This document shows, piece by piece, positions 39,760 through 51,151 of a stretch of DNA of 64,000 nt. The DNA comes from Negaprion brevirostris (lineage: Eukaryota). The stretch spans positions 55,882,026 to 55,946,025 of the forward strand of contig JARDVH010000106.1 of NCBI GenBank assembly GCA_030324005.1, in the 5' to 3' direction. Under the pieces are notes generated by a model that was given only the letters and a program-made list of their open reading frames with translations, was not told the DNA's origin and searched no databases. A program made the position numbers and the translations under genes. The number at the start of each line of letters is the position of its first letter. The first letter of the stretch is position 1.

Positions 39760-41060
39760 TGACAGACAGGTTGGTAGAATGGTGGTTGAATGGAAGATGC
39801 AATTGAAAATGGATAACATGAGGGAATACATTTTGGGAGAGAAAAGAAGTAATGGAAATATATTATCAAAGGAAAAGCAATGAAGGCTTGTGGATGAACC
39901 GGGTGTTCAAACACTGAAAGTGCAACAGTAGGTAGATTAAACCAAAAAAAAGCACGGCACACGTTACGTATAACAGTAAAGAAGTAAAGATGAAGTGGTT
40001 TAAAAAACCATTGATCAGGGCACAATTAAGAGTTTTGGGCACTTATGCATTAAATACAGAACATACAATGCACATACACCAAGCTGAGGTCAAGATTTGA
40101 GGAGAGCTTTGACAGAGAAGACTATGAGTTTATCTAAAAATGTTCAAATGAAGGGCTTTGCAAGACCAAATGAGGAAAAAATTATTTAGTCTGATTAGAA
40201 GGCGAGTGACAAGATTTTTGAATCTTTTAAGGAAAGGTTGGATAACAATGTGAAGTAGAGATCAGTTCAGGAGCATTGGTAGACTACTCGCAGCACACCT
40301 CCAGTTTCTCCAGCAAAGAGCTAGCACAGATATGAGATGCCACAGGACCTCCTGCAGTGTTCTGCACTTAAGTACACTGGAAAGACCAGTGCAATAAGAA
40401 AAAGTTTAACCAGACTGGATAAAGAAACTGGTCTTGAGGGAATAAGAATGGCACTTGAAAAGTAAATGAGAAAAATTTACTGACCCAGACATAAAAATGC
40501 AGTGGGAAACATTTAAAATGGAGAAATATATTCTGTTGAGAAGGAAGTTCAAACCAGCCACTTGTACACTATGAATAAATTTAAAAAGCAAAAACTGGAG
40601 TGAATGAAAGTGGCGCTAAATACAAAGACAACAAAGCAAAGGATGACAAAATGAATAGGAAAGAAGTCAAACAAAAATTCAGAAGACAAAGAGAAAACAC
40701 AAAATTGAATTATCAAGCAATTTAAAAATGTTGAACAAATCTACAGACACATGTTTAAAAAAAGAAAAATCAGGATTGGAAAAGAGCCACTAAGGGGTAC
40801 ACCAAATAAACTCAAAGATATTGATGGCAGAAATATTGAATAATTACTTTATCTTGGTATTTGCTTGTAACCCTAACATGGTTTACGTGACATTGGAAAG
40901 AAAAATCAAAAATGTATGAAGACATTTAGATTGATGGAGCAGAAATAATTGATAAACTAATTAACCTAGAGAGGAGAAAACTCCTGGCCTAAATGAATTC
41001 TATCTGTGAACATTAAAAGAAGTTAAGGCAGAGAGACACAACTGAGGCAATATTATTGTA
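39760..41060 (+). mobile_element. Very old CR1 LINE remnants
   Basis: A-rich degenerate ORF2 pieces, e.g. GCAGAAATATTGAATAATTACTTT (AEILNNYF) and AAAACTCCTGGCCTAAATG. Confidence 0.55.
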
Positions 41061-41104
41061 CCCCCCCCACCAAGAAGCCTTGAATAAGGTAGAGTATTTA
41101 GACC

Positions 41105-41310
41105 CATGACTAATGTCAATGTGGAGTCAGAGAAAGGAAATCTGCTGTTCTTACCTGGTCTAGCCTGCATGTGGTTACAGACCTATGCAATATGGCTAAC
41201 CCTTAACCACCCTGTGAAATGGCCTAGCAGGCCACGCAGTTCAAGGGCAATTGGGTATGAGAAACATATGCTAGCCTTGCCAGTTATGGGCACGCCCCAT
41301 GAAAAAAAGA
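41105..41310 (+). mobile_element. SINE fragment sharing its 3' tail with the LINE at 62430-62940
   Basis: GAAATGGCCTAGCAGGCCACGCAGTTCAAGGGCAATT...GCTAGCCTTGCCAG. Confidence 0.7.
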
Positions 41311-43034
41311 AACCCAGAGGTTGGTTAACATGCAGAATTTGATACCACATGCAGTATTTGAGGTGAATAGCAGAGATGCATTTAAGGAGGAGTTTGACAA
41401 GCAAGTGAGGAAGAAAGAAATAAAAGGATATGTTGATGGGATTAGATAAAGAAGATTGCGAGGAAGCTCATGCGGACTGTAAACATTGCATGGATCTGCT
41501 GGACTGATTCAGTGCTGCAAATACTTTTTATAAACTTTAACAATCTGAAATGAGAAAAACCCCTGAAAAACTTAACTTTTTATACTCCATAATGTGCTTC
41601 TTTACACTTGAATAGACAAGAAAATATACAAGTGCAGTGACCAATTGGTTCAACACTCCAGAAATACTTTATTTCATAGTTTGGGTTGAAACCCCCTCGA
41701 GATTGATAGGATGGGATCTCAACTGTCTGCTGATATTCAGGACAGGATTATCAAATCTGTCTGCACAGTCTCCATTAATCCCAATAAGTTTGGATCAATG
41801 ACACAAAACCTTCCACAAATTGGTAATAAATTAGTCATCACATTCAGATAACTCATAAAAATGATGAGTGTGGGAAACAGGAATATAACTGCACAATGTA
41901 ATTTGAGTTGCTGCTCTTGGATTAATCCAGCAGGCAGTTAATTTAACTTCCATCTTTTCTCGATAATTCTGATACAGTGGAAATGGATTTTTCATTTTTT
42001 TTCTGTAAGTAAAAGCAATCAATATTTCTACTCAGAAACCAGTTAGTAAAGCAGATTGGCAGAAATTGTCCTCCTGGGAGAACCTTGCTGAAATGGCTAT
42101 TCCTCGCATTCAATGGTTGTTACATAGAATTTACAACACTGAAACAAATATTCTGCCCAACTGGTCTATGCTAGTGTTTACCCTTCACATGAGCCTCCTC
42201 CTAACCAACTTCATCGAACCTGATTTACGTAGCCCTCTATTTCTTTCTTACTTAAGCGCTTATCAAGCGTCCACTTGATTGCCTCTGTGCTTTATATCTC
42301 AACTACACGTAAATACAGTGATATGTGATAGTTAGTTCCATATTCTAATAATTCCCTGGGTAAAGAAGTTTCTCCCAAATTCTTCATTAGATTTGATAGT
42401 GACTCTCTTGTACTTATGACTGACTGACAAGTCATTTTACTATAGGGAATTAACAGCTTAATTAGATGTGCACACAAGTGCAACTTTTAGCAGCTGTCAC
42501 TGGCTAGTAAACAGGAATGCTGCCTGGTTTGCTCCTCTCTGTGGCCCTGGGAAGCTAAGTTTAGTTACATTGCCCCTACTTCTCCCATTGCTCAGATCAG
42601 CATCCATCCTTGACAGTGTATAGCTCGGTTCCACTCTGCTGGGCAATTAATTAACTGAACCCTGTGTCAATGTCTGAAATCTGGCACTGCAAAGATAAAT
42701 AATGATGCATCTTCCTTTTACATCTCAGTATCTACTGTTGGAAATAGATAGGATTTTTTAAAATATACAATGCAAAGCAAATCAGATTCCAAAGAGTCAT
42801 CATAAGAAATCAAAGAAGTGGAGAGGCCCAATTAATGCAGAAGCTCAGTTTACACGGTATGAAATGTTCAGTGCCATGAATCTCTCAGCGTGAATGTTGA
42901 ACTCTACAGGCGTATACAGGAATAAAAATGATTAGAGATTGCAATACTGATCCATCAGACATATCTTTTTATATTCGTTCCCTCGATGTGCGTTTCAGTG
43001 GATAGGCCAGCAGTTATTGTCTGCCTCTAATTGA

Positions 43035-43355
43035 GAATCATATAATCCCTACAGTGCAGAAGGTGGCCATTTGGCCCATTGAGTCTACACTGACTCTTCC
43101 ACAGAGCATCTTACTAGGCCCACCCCCATCCCATCCCCGTAGCCCCACGTATTTACTCCTCTAATCCCCTTAATCTACACATCGTAGAAATCTAACAAAA
43201 AATTTAGTATGGTCAATTTACCTAACCTGCAAATCTTTGGACTGTGGGAGGAAGCCAGAGCATCCAAAGGAAACTCACACATATACAGGGAGAATGTACA
43301 AACTCCACACACACTTTCACCCAAGACTGGAATCAAACCTGAGGTAGCAGTGCTT
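43035..43355 (-). mobile_element. HE1-like SINE with CR1-type tail
   Basis: GAATCATATAATCCCTACAGTGCAGAAGGTGGCCATTTGGCCCA...CCTAACCTGCAAATCTTTGGACTGTGGGAGGAAG. Confidence 0.85.
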
Positions 43356-43399
43356 GCAATACAAGTTGTAGGTGGAACAAAATATTATCACTCATGAAG

Positions 43400-43990
43400 G
43401 AAGTGAATATTTAACATGGTGAATGTGGTTCTTTGTTCTGGATGGTGTTGAGTTTCTTGAATGTTGTTGAAGTTGTGTCCTTTCAGGCTATTGGATAATA
43501 TTCCTTCTTAATTTGTATATTACAGATGGTGAACAGGCTTTAGGGAATCAGAAGATGAACTAATCACCTCTGAACTTCAAACCTTTGATCTGCGCATGTT
43601 GTCACAGAATTTATGTGGCTGCTTCAGTTAAGGTTTTGGTCAGTGGTAACCCCTGAGATGTCAGTAAATGTGGGATTCAGCAGTGATAATGCTACTGAAA
43701 GTTAAAGGAAGATGGTTAGATTCTCTCTTTTTGGAGCTGGTCATTGCCTGGCACCTTATGTGCTTTAGATCAACCCAAATATGGATATTGCCATAAACTT
43801 TTTCAGTAACTGTTGCGTTACAAACAGGACTGAACAGTATAATCATCAGCCAACATCCTTGCTTTTGACCTTATGACGGAGGGAAAGTTATTGATAAAGC
43901 AGCTGAAGATGACTGGTCCTCAGGCATTACCCTGAAGCATACCCAGCAATGTTCCAGGGCTCAGATTACTGGCCTCCAACAACCATAATA
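43400..43990 (-). mobile_element. LINE RT/3' fragment (family of 58833-60420)
   Basis: Inverse of 62430-62550 type sequence (GATGGTGTTGAGTTTCTTGAATGTTGTTGAAG). Confidence 0.65.
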
Positions 43991-44884
43991 TTTTGATTTC
44001 TGAGGAAAAGCCAGATCAGATTTGAAATGTTAACTGTTTCCCTCTGCATAGGTGCAACCAGACTTGCTGGGTTTTTATGGTACTTTCTAATTTAATTTGA
44101 GGTCTCCAGCATCCTCAGTACTTTGCTTTTGTATTGCCACAATATCCTCCTTTGTGACAATTTCAAGGGTTAAACTCTGCAAACAACTCCAAGATATTGG
44201 TCTGTCCCTCTCATCCTTTTCCAAGGCACACCTACCTCCCAGTTGGTGCTCCAGATTTAAATTTTTTTACAGTGAATGTAATAAATCAGGGCAATTAATG
44301 TTTTATGGAGCTTCAAAGAATGACAATTTGCCCTTACATAAATACTTGCATTGATTAAAATACATGCTTTTTTCCCCCACTGATACAGTTAAGTGTTTTG
44401 TGGGTCACAAGAAGGTGATACCAAAATGCAACTTCTATGGGAATAAAAAGTAGGTAGAGTGTTAAAAAAAAACTGCCCATTTGTTGGCACACTTTTGTCA
44501 CTGTTGCTAAAGAGCAATTTTATCCAAATCTTCTGTACAACTTTCTTTAAACAGTCTCATTGCAAGCGAAGTCCCGATATGCATCACATTGTTAATTCAT
44601 GACCATTAAACTTGAACACACTGTCTATATATATGCATTCTTTAAAAATACACAGAATTTATAGCACCAACAGGCCATTCATCTCAACTTTTTCTTTTTG
44701 TCTCATCTAGTTATCAAGTTTACTCCTTAAACGCATTGGTATTATTCAACTCAGTTACTCAATGTGCTGACAAGTTCCACATTCTAACCAGTCTCCGGTT
44801 GAAGAAGCTTCTCCAGATTTCCTCTCTGGATTATTAGTGACTATCTTATTTTCCGAATGGGCTTCCCCACATGTGGACACATCA

Positions 44885-45790
44885 GCTGCGATTCTCCCAA
44901 AAGTGTTGAATTGGCGGGAAAACTTTTCTAAATCCCAACTGTTTTCTCAGTTCAACTTCTCACCTGTTCTCCCCACTCTGTGCACTGCAGAGGTTCCAGT
45001 CACGAATATCATTTAAAAACCCTGGGGGACCCTGGGATTGGCGGGGGCGAGGTCGGGGTGGGGGGGGGGGGGGTGGTGGTGATGGTGCTATTTGCACCAA
45101 AGTCTGACAGTTCTGGAACTCTATGCATGCGCGGTGGCTCTGATCTGTCAGTCTTCCCATTTGCTGGCCAGCCCAGTGCTGCCCCTCCAATACCCTCCCA
45201 TGGCCCGATCGCGGCCCCACAACAATTCCTAGGCCAGGTCTGACCCCCCACCTCCCCACCACCCTTCCCATCCTGGAGTGCCCTGATCCACAGTCCATCC
45301 CCCCAGCATTGGCAATCCCCCTACAACCTGTCCCCTTCAGACCCTCCTCTCCCAACCCGCTGACCCCCCAGGGTCCGACACCCCCTGGGAGGCAGCCCCC
45401 CGCCACGCCGGCAGACCACCACAATTGCTGTCCTCCCTCCATCCCAGACCGATCCTGTCTGCAGAGTGGCAGCGAGACCACTCACCCGATTGCTCCTAGC
45501 CCCTGCCAGCAATAGGCCCCACCCTCTTTGCATTGCCCAAAGCCCGGTGGGCAGAGCCAAGATGCCCCCTGGGCAGGAACACTTGCCCCTTGGGCAGTGC
45601 CAGGGGGCATAGGGTGGCATTGCCAGGATGCCCATGCCCAGGGGGCATCAACCCCTACTGCCCGACCCCCCCCCCCTTGATGTGGTCAGTCAGCAAAGAC
45701 AGGCATCATCAGGAGAGATCCTACTGTAACCAATGGGAAAGTGACGTGAGGAATTCTGTATCATTTTCGGCTTACTACTGGAATTCAGTA
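44885..45790 (+). mobile_element. Large GC-rich non-autonomous DNA transposon (Harbinger-like)
   Basis: Left terminus GCTGCGATTCTCCC is the exact reverse complement of 33037-33050; internal similarity to 32110-33051; source of the spurious Pro/Gly-rich ORFs. Confidence 0.75.
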
Positions 45791-46059
45791 ATTTAAGATA
45801 ACATGCAACTGCTTACATTTCTACTTATAAAAAAACTTGAAATAAATTTATTTTAAAAATCATGAAACATTGTGCACATTTTGACAACTGAAGATTTTTA
45901 CTCAATTGTTTAGTTGTGAAGAGACTATTATTTAAAGATATTAAAATGTACGATTCCAAATAAAGTAGGCAATTATTGTACATGTCACTTATGACTTGAA
46001 ATATACATTGTTCCATATGATGTTACCTGAAGTTAAAGGATACTAAGGAAAGTGAAAAT

Positions 46060-46300
46060 GGAAATGGAGGAGACATTGGCCATAATTTTTCAGTCTACCT
46101 TAGACACTGGGATCGTGCCAGAGGACAGTAGAATTGCAAATATTGCACATTTGTTCAATAAACAGCTGTAAAGATAAGTCCATCAACTACAGGCTAGACA
46201 GTTTAGCTTTGGTGGTCACTTGGACAAATATGGATTAATTAAGGAAAGCCTACATGGATTTGCTAAGGCAGAATTCTGTTTAACTAACTTATTGGAAATG
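46060..46300 (+). mobile_element. CR1 RT fragment
   Basis: LAIIFQSTLDTGIVPED and LDKYGLIKESLHGFAK.EFCLTNLLE. Confidence 0.8.
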
Positions 46301-46719
46301 AACAGCAAACCACGAAGGAAGAGATTAAGAAATATTGTATGGCAAGAAGCGAATGGCTCAGATTTTGTGTCAGAAATAAAGATGGGGTTAATGGAGCTTA
46401 TCGTTATTTATGTTTAAATCGGACACTTCAGGCAAGAACAAATGCACAATTGAAGACAAGGATCAGAAAGTTGCTACCTGAGTTGCCTTTCTCTTCCACA
46501 AGCTCCGGTAAATGAGTGCTTCACCGATAGATTCACTATTCAAATGCACAAAACGTGTGAAATTGCTATGCTTAGTCACTGGTGTAGTTACGAATAAGGC
46601 ATGCCAGAGGAAGTTAGGGCTGATGTTTTCAGGTATAAGTGACTTTCTAATGGTATTGATACTAATACTGATTGAGGCAGTTCAGAGAAAGCACATTGGA
46701 CTCATTCCTGCCTTTGGTA

Positions 46720-47920
46720 GCACTGTTGACGATATTTTCCATCACTTTACCGATGACCAAGAATGGACTGATAGGGCAGTAATCAGCTGAGTTTGATTTT
46801 TTTCTGCTTTTCGTGGACAGGATATACCTGGGCAATTTTCCATATGGCTGGGTAGATACAAGTTTTATTGAGGTACTGGAGGAGCTTGGCTGTAGGTTAC
46901 TTTTAGTGCTTCAGTGCTGCCAGAATGTAAGTATGGCCTTTGCCCTACATGGTATTTTGAACCATTTTGTGTTATCATGTGGAATCAATTACACTGGCTG
47001 AAAACTGGTGTCTGCGATGTTGAGGTTCTCAGACAAGGCTCAGATGGATAATCCATCCAGCCCTTCTAGCTGAAGATGGTTGGAAATGCTTTGATCTTGT
47101 CTTTTGCACTGATGTGCTGGGCTCCCCCATCATTGAAGACGGAGGTGTTTGTGAAGCCTCCTCTTCCAATCCATGGCTAACACCATCATTTATGACTGGG
47201 TGTGGCATCACTGAACAGCCTTGATCTGATCCAATGATTTTGGGATCATTCACTTGCGGCTTCCACTGTTTGGAATGCAAGTAGTCCTTGGTTAAAGCTT
47301 CACAAAGTTGACACCACATTTTAAAATATGCTTGGTGCTGCTCCTAGGATACTTTGCTGAACTCTTCATTGATCCAGGGTAGATTTTCTGTCTTGATAAT
47401 AATTGTAGAGTGAGAAGCAGGCTAAACTTTGAGGTTACAGATAATGAATGAATACAATTCTACCTCAAGGATTGCTTGTTGAGCTGCTGGATCTGCTCTG
47501 AATCTATCCCATTTAGCTAAGTGGTAGTTTTACACAACGCAATGCAAGTCATCCTTAGTATGAGGATGCAACTTTGCCCTCACAGGAATGGTGTGGTGTT
47601 CACTTCCATCAATACTGTCATGGAAGGATGCTTCAGGTAGGTCAAGAAGGGTGAGGTCAAATAGGTTGATTTGTTCACCACCCACCACGGGCTGAAAGTG
47701 GCAGGTATGTCCATCAGGAGTCAGAGGAGCTTTGTCTGTAGTGATGCTAAGCTCTTGGTGGTACTCACTGAAGTCCCCCAGCCAGACTACATTCTAGGCT
47801 CTTGCTACCCTGTGTTCTCTTTCCAAATCATGGAGAAGTATTGATCCATCAGCTGAGGGGATGTGGTAGCAGGAAGTTTCTTTACTCATGTTTAACCTGA
47901 TGTCATTAGGGTTCATAAAC
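46720..47920 (-). mobile_element. LINE ORF2 fragment (APE endonuclease to RT), family of 58833-60420
   Basis: Colinear with 59340-60400 (TTTTGCACTGATGTGCTGGGCTCCCCCATCATTGA; CTCTTCATTGA); inverse GDFS motif at 47768. Confidence 0.75.
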
Positions 47921-48703
47921 TCTGTACTCTGATGAAGACCTTTGCTTGAAAATAAAATGTGTATGTGACATGTTCACCCCAGTATCTGAGGGAGTTATCT
48001 ACAAACATCAAGCCTATTCATTTTGTGGCACAGGTAATCACACAATTTCTAGTTATGTTGCTGGGAGGTTATAATAATGATTTCCTATGGTTTATGGTGA
48101 GTGTAATGCAGAATGAAAAGGAACCTAATTTGATTTTGTACTGAAGTGAAAAATTGTCTTGATCAAATTTTCTAAACCAAGGACCATATTTTGATTGCTT
48201 CCATGCCAATGACTAACAACCAAACAACTTGTTGAATCAGGAGAATGTTAATTTAACTCAACAACACAACCAATTCTTTAGGCAGGAAAGAAATTTCCTG
48301 TCTGAATTTATTGTTCTAGAATATATTGCATGGACCACCTTCACTAATAGTCCGTTAGTTTCTCATCTCTGATCAGTAATATGTGCATTTAAAAATAATG
48401 GAGTCCCATTCTTTAGTGAATAAAAGTAAAATGTAGGAACACTGTAAGCAAGAGCAATTTATATGATTTTTCATTATCAAAATGAATCTTGAAGAAAAGG
48501 AATATCAGAACCTCAGCTGTATCAATCAATGGTGTGAAAACTGGTTGATAAAAAAAATGAGGAAATCACAGCTTCTGTAAAAAAAAGATCATTGCGGGAC
48601 ACTTTAACCATTCCCGGTGAACCTCCATCTGGTGAAGTATGCGCTTGCTGAAAGTACAAAGAATGCTTCCTGATGCACATTGTGCTGGAAAGTCCTGTGC
48701 ATA

Positions 48704-48717
48704 ACACTAGGTGGCGA
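48704..48717 (+). promoter_or_regulatory. Candidate CTCF site
   Basis: ACACTAGGTGGCGA closely matches the CTCF core CCASYAGRKGGCRS in non-repeat intronic DNA. Confidence 0.4.
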
Positions 48718-48955
48718 CCTCAGCATCTCTGTGAGGAAATGCAAGCGTTTTAATTAAATATCCCATCAAAACATGTATGTTCAAAATGATTGTTCAAACA
48801 ATATGAACTAAAGATTAGGCAATTTGTCTTGATGGTATGAATAGTCGATCGTATCTAGTCACCTATTTGCACATCAGACAAAACTCATCAACCGCCATCA
48901 AAGTCTCACTGAGATGGGCAGTGGAAGTTAAAAAAACCCCTGGCTTGGCTCACTT

Positions 48956-49185
48956 ATAAGAAGTCTCACAACACCAAGTTAAAGTCCAACAGGTTTATTT
49001 GATAGTAAATGCCACAAACTTTCGGAACGCTGTTCCTTCGTCGGAGAGTTCTCCACTCACCTGATGAAGGAACAGCGTTCCGAAAGCTTGTGGCGTTTAC
49101 TATCAAATGATCCTGTTGGACTTTAGCCTGGTGCTGTGAGACTTCTTACTGAGTTTACCCCAGTTCAACACCAGCATCTCCACAT
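48956..49185 (+). mobile_element. Palindromic Penelope-type short insertion with probable TSD
   Basis: 88-bp inverted arms 48957-49044 and 49061-49148; flanks CTTGGCTCACTT (48944) and CTTGACTCACCT (49186) match at 10 of 12. Confidence 0.85.
49058..49092 (+). ncRNA. Minimal type I hammerhead ribozyme motif
   Basis: CAC-CUGAUGA-A-GGAAC-agc-GUUCC-GAAA-GCUU-GUG: intact core boxes, 5-bp helix II, palindromic AAGCUU helix III, CAC/GUG helix I. Confidence 0.75.
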
Positions 49186-51151
49186 CTTGACTCACCTGTC
49201 TCAAGATAAAGTGCATGCAAAGGTGGGACCTTCATTGCTGGGGTGGCACCTTCATTGCAGGGCCAGAGTCAGGCAACCCAACTCAGGAATGTGTGGCGGC
49301 ATCCACAGGGGCTGGGGGCCAAGGTAAACTGTGTAAAGGGCCCATCTCAGTGATATGGGAATTCATCTCACTTAAAATAAACACAAAAGACCTCCAGCCT
49401 TCAACCCACTTGCCCATTACCATCCACACACTCTCCATGCTGTCTCATGCCCTCCACCCATCACTTCCCCATGGACCTTCAGGCTCCCTCAGCCAAGCTA
49501 TGCCATTTACCCACTCCCCAGCTCCTCATGCTCACAAAGCTAAGCTATGTCCATTCACTCATCCACCTTCATGCCTTATGTCCCTGATGCCAAGCTTTGC
49601 TCTTTGTTCCAACCCTCATGGCTCTTCATACTCCCAAGGCCAAGCGATGCCCTTCCACCCATCCCAGCAGCCCTTTATACCTCTAATACCAAGTTATGAT
49701 ACTTCCATTGACCAACTATACATTAAATCATACAGTGACATGGCTTGTGTAAAGCATCAAGATAATAATTCATTTATAACTTTCTACATGTTAAAAAGAA
49801 GTAATTTTGTTAGAAGGCAATACATGTGTCAATCATTCAGACTCTTTAAAGTACCAATAACCAAAGCCATAAGCCTCTGAAACTACTTAACATCAGTAGT
49901 AAACATTGTTGAATTGACAGCAGAGATCAGAGAGCCTGAGTTGTCAATCAAATAATGTTTTCTCTGATCACAGGTATTTTAACAAGAAAATGGTTGAGTT
50001 GCTGAGCGTGTATATTGAGTCATGGATGGGAGTCCAGACATCCATCATGTTTATTGAAGCAGCTGTGCCCCAGAGAAAATGTTATGGACCTATTCAAAAC
50101 CTGTTTAAATAAGTTTAAAGCACTTTCATAGTAAGAACTTACCTTGTAGAACTGTTTAAATCATTTAAAAGCNNNNNNNNNNNNNNNNNNNNNNNNNNNN
50201 NNNNNNNNNNNNNNNNNNNNNNNNNNNNNNNNNNNNNNNNNNNNNNNNNNNNNNNNNNNNNNNNNNNNNNNNTTTGGTGCTCAAACTGCTGTGTTGAGAG
50301 GCAGCTACGCAGTATCCCCTGGCTGCCTTCCTCCTTTGAAAGCTTGATTATTCAAAAGCAACAGTCAATATGGATCCAATTACCTATTTCTTGTCATACC
50401 GTGTTATGTTTCACACGGTTTTCCTTCTTACTCCTCCTGTTATGGGAAGACACTAAACATGTTGAATGATGCAGTGAAAAGTGCTTGTGAGATGCATGAT
50501 GTCCAGAAGTGTTAGATCACACCAGCCTCCCTGTTCCTCCCCAAAACCTTCTGTCCTTCTGCAATCAAGGCAGTTACTTCTGCTCAGTTATGATCCACAG
50601 ATGTTGGCAGCCCTCTGGGGACAAGGACAAACCAGCCATTCATCAAGTTTATGTTTGAACTGTTAGTGTTGGCAAGTTATTTGATCACAGGGAAGTAGGA
50701 CTGACATGACAGCTGAGCCCAATTCTGATCTCACCTCACATGAGCTTTCCAGCAGGAATCTTAGGAACCCTGAATTTTCCTTCCCTGATTATACACATAC
50801 TTAGACCAACCACATGTGCCAAAGCAACTAAAATCGGGTAAACGCAGCAGATACTAGAGATCAGTTTTCCTAGTCTGCATTGCCCAGTGCCACGCTGGGG
50901 ATGTATGTACCAGAAAACCTATACAACTTGTATGACTTTCAGATCATGTAGCAGCAAGCACATTTCAGTTGTTGAAATGTAAAACATCTTCCTTGTAAAT
51001 TAATACAGGTGCCTGCGCAGTTGTGATTTGGATATGAGGTCTAAAAGGAATATTTAATCCATCATCTTTGCCTTTAACTTTGAGTCTTAATATATTTTAA
51101 TGACCATGTTTTTGGTCACAGGAAACAACTGTGTCTGTGTCACTACCCCCG

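Noticed and set aside
44960-45796. Overlapping Gly/Pro-rich ORFs (also 32260-32874 and 17669-18425)
   Set aside because: Stop-poor because of the high GC content of MITE sequence
49215-49880. 221-aa Pro/His/Ser-rich ORF
   Set aside because: Low-complexity, internally repetitive C-rich sequence typical of a degenerate non-autonomous element; no domain or splice support
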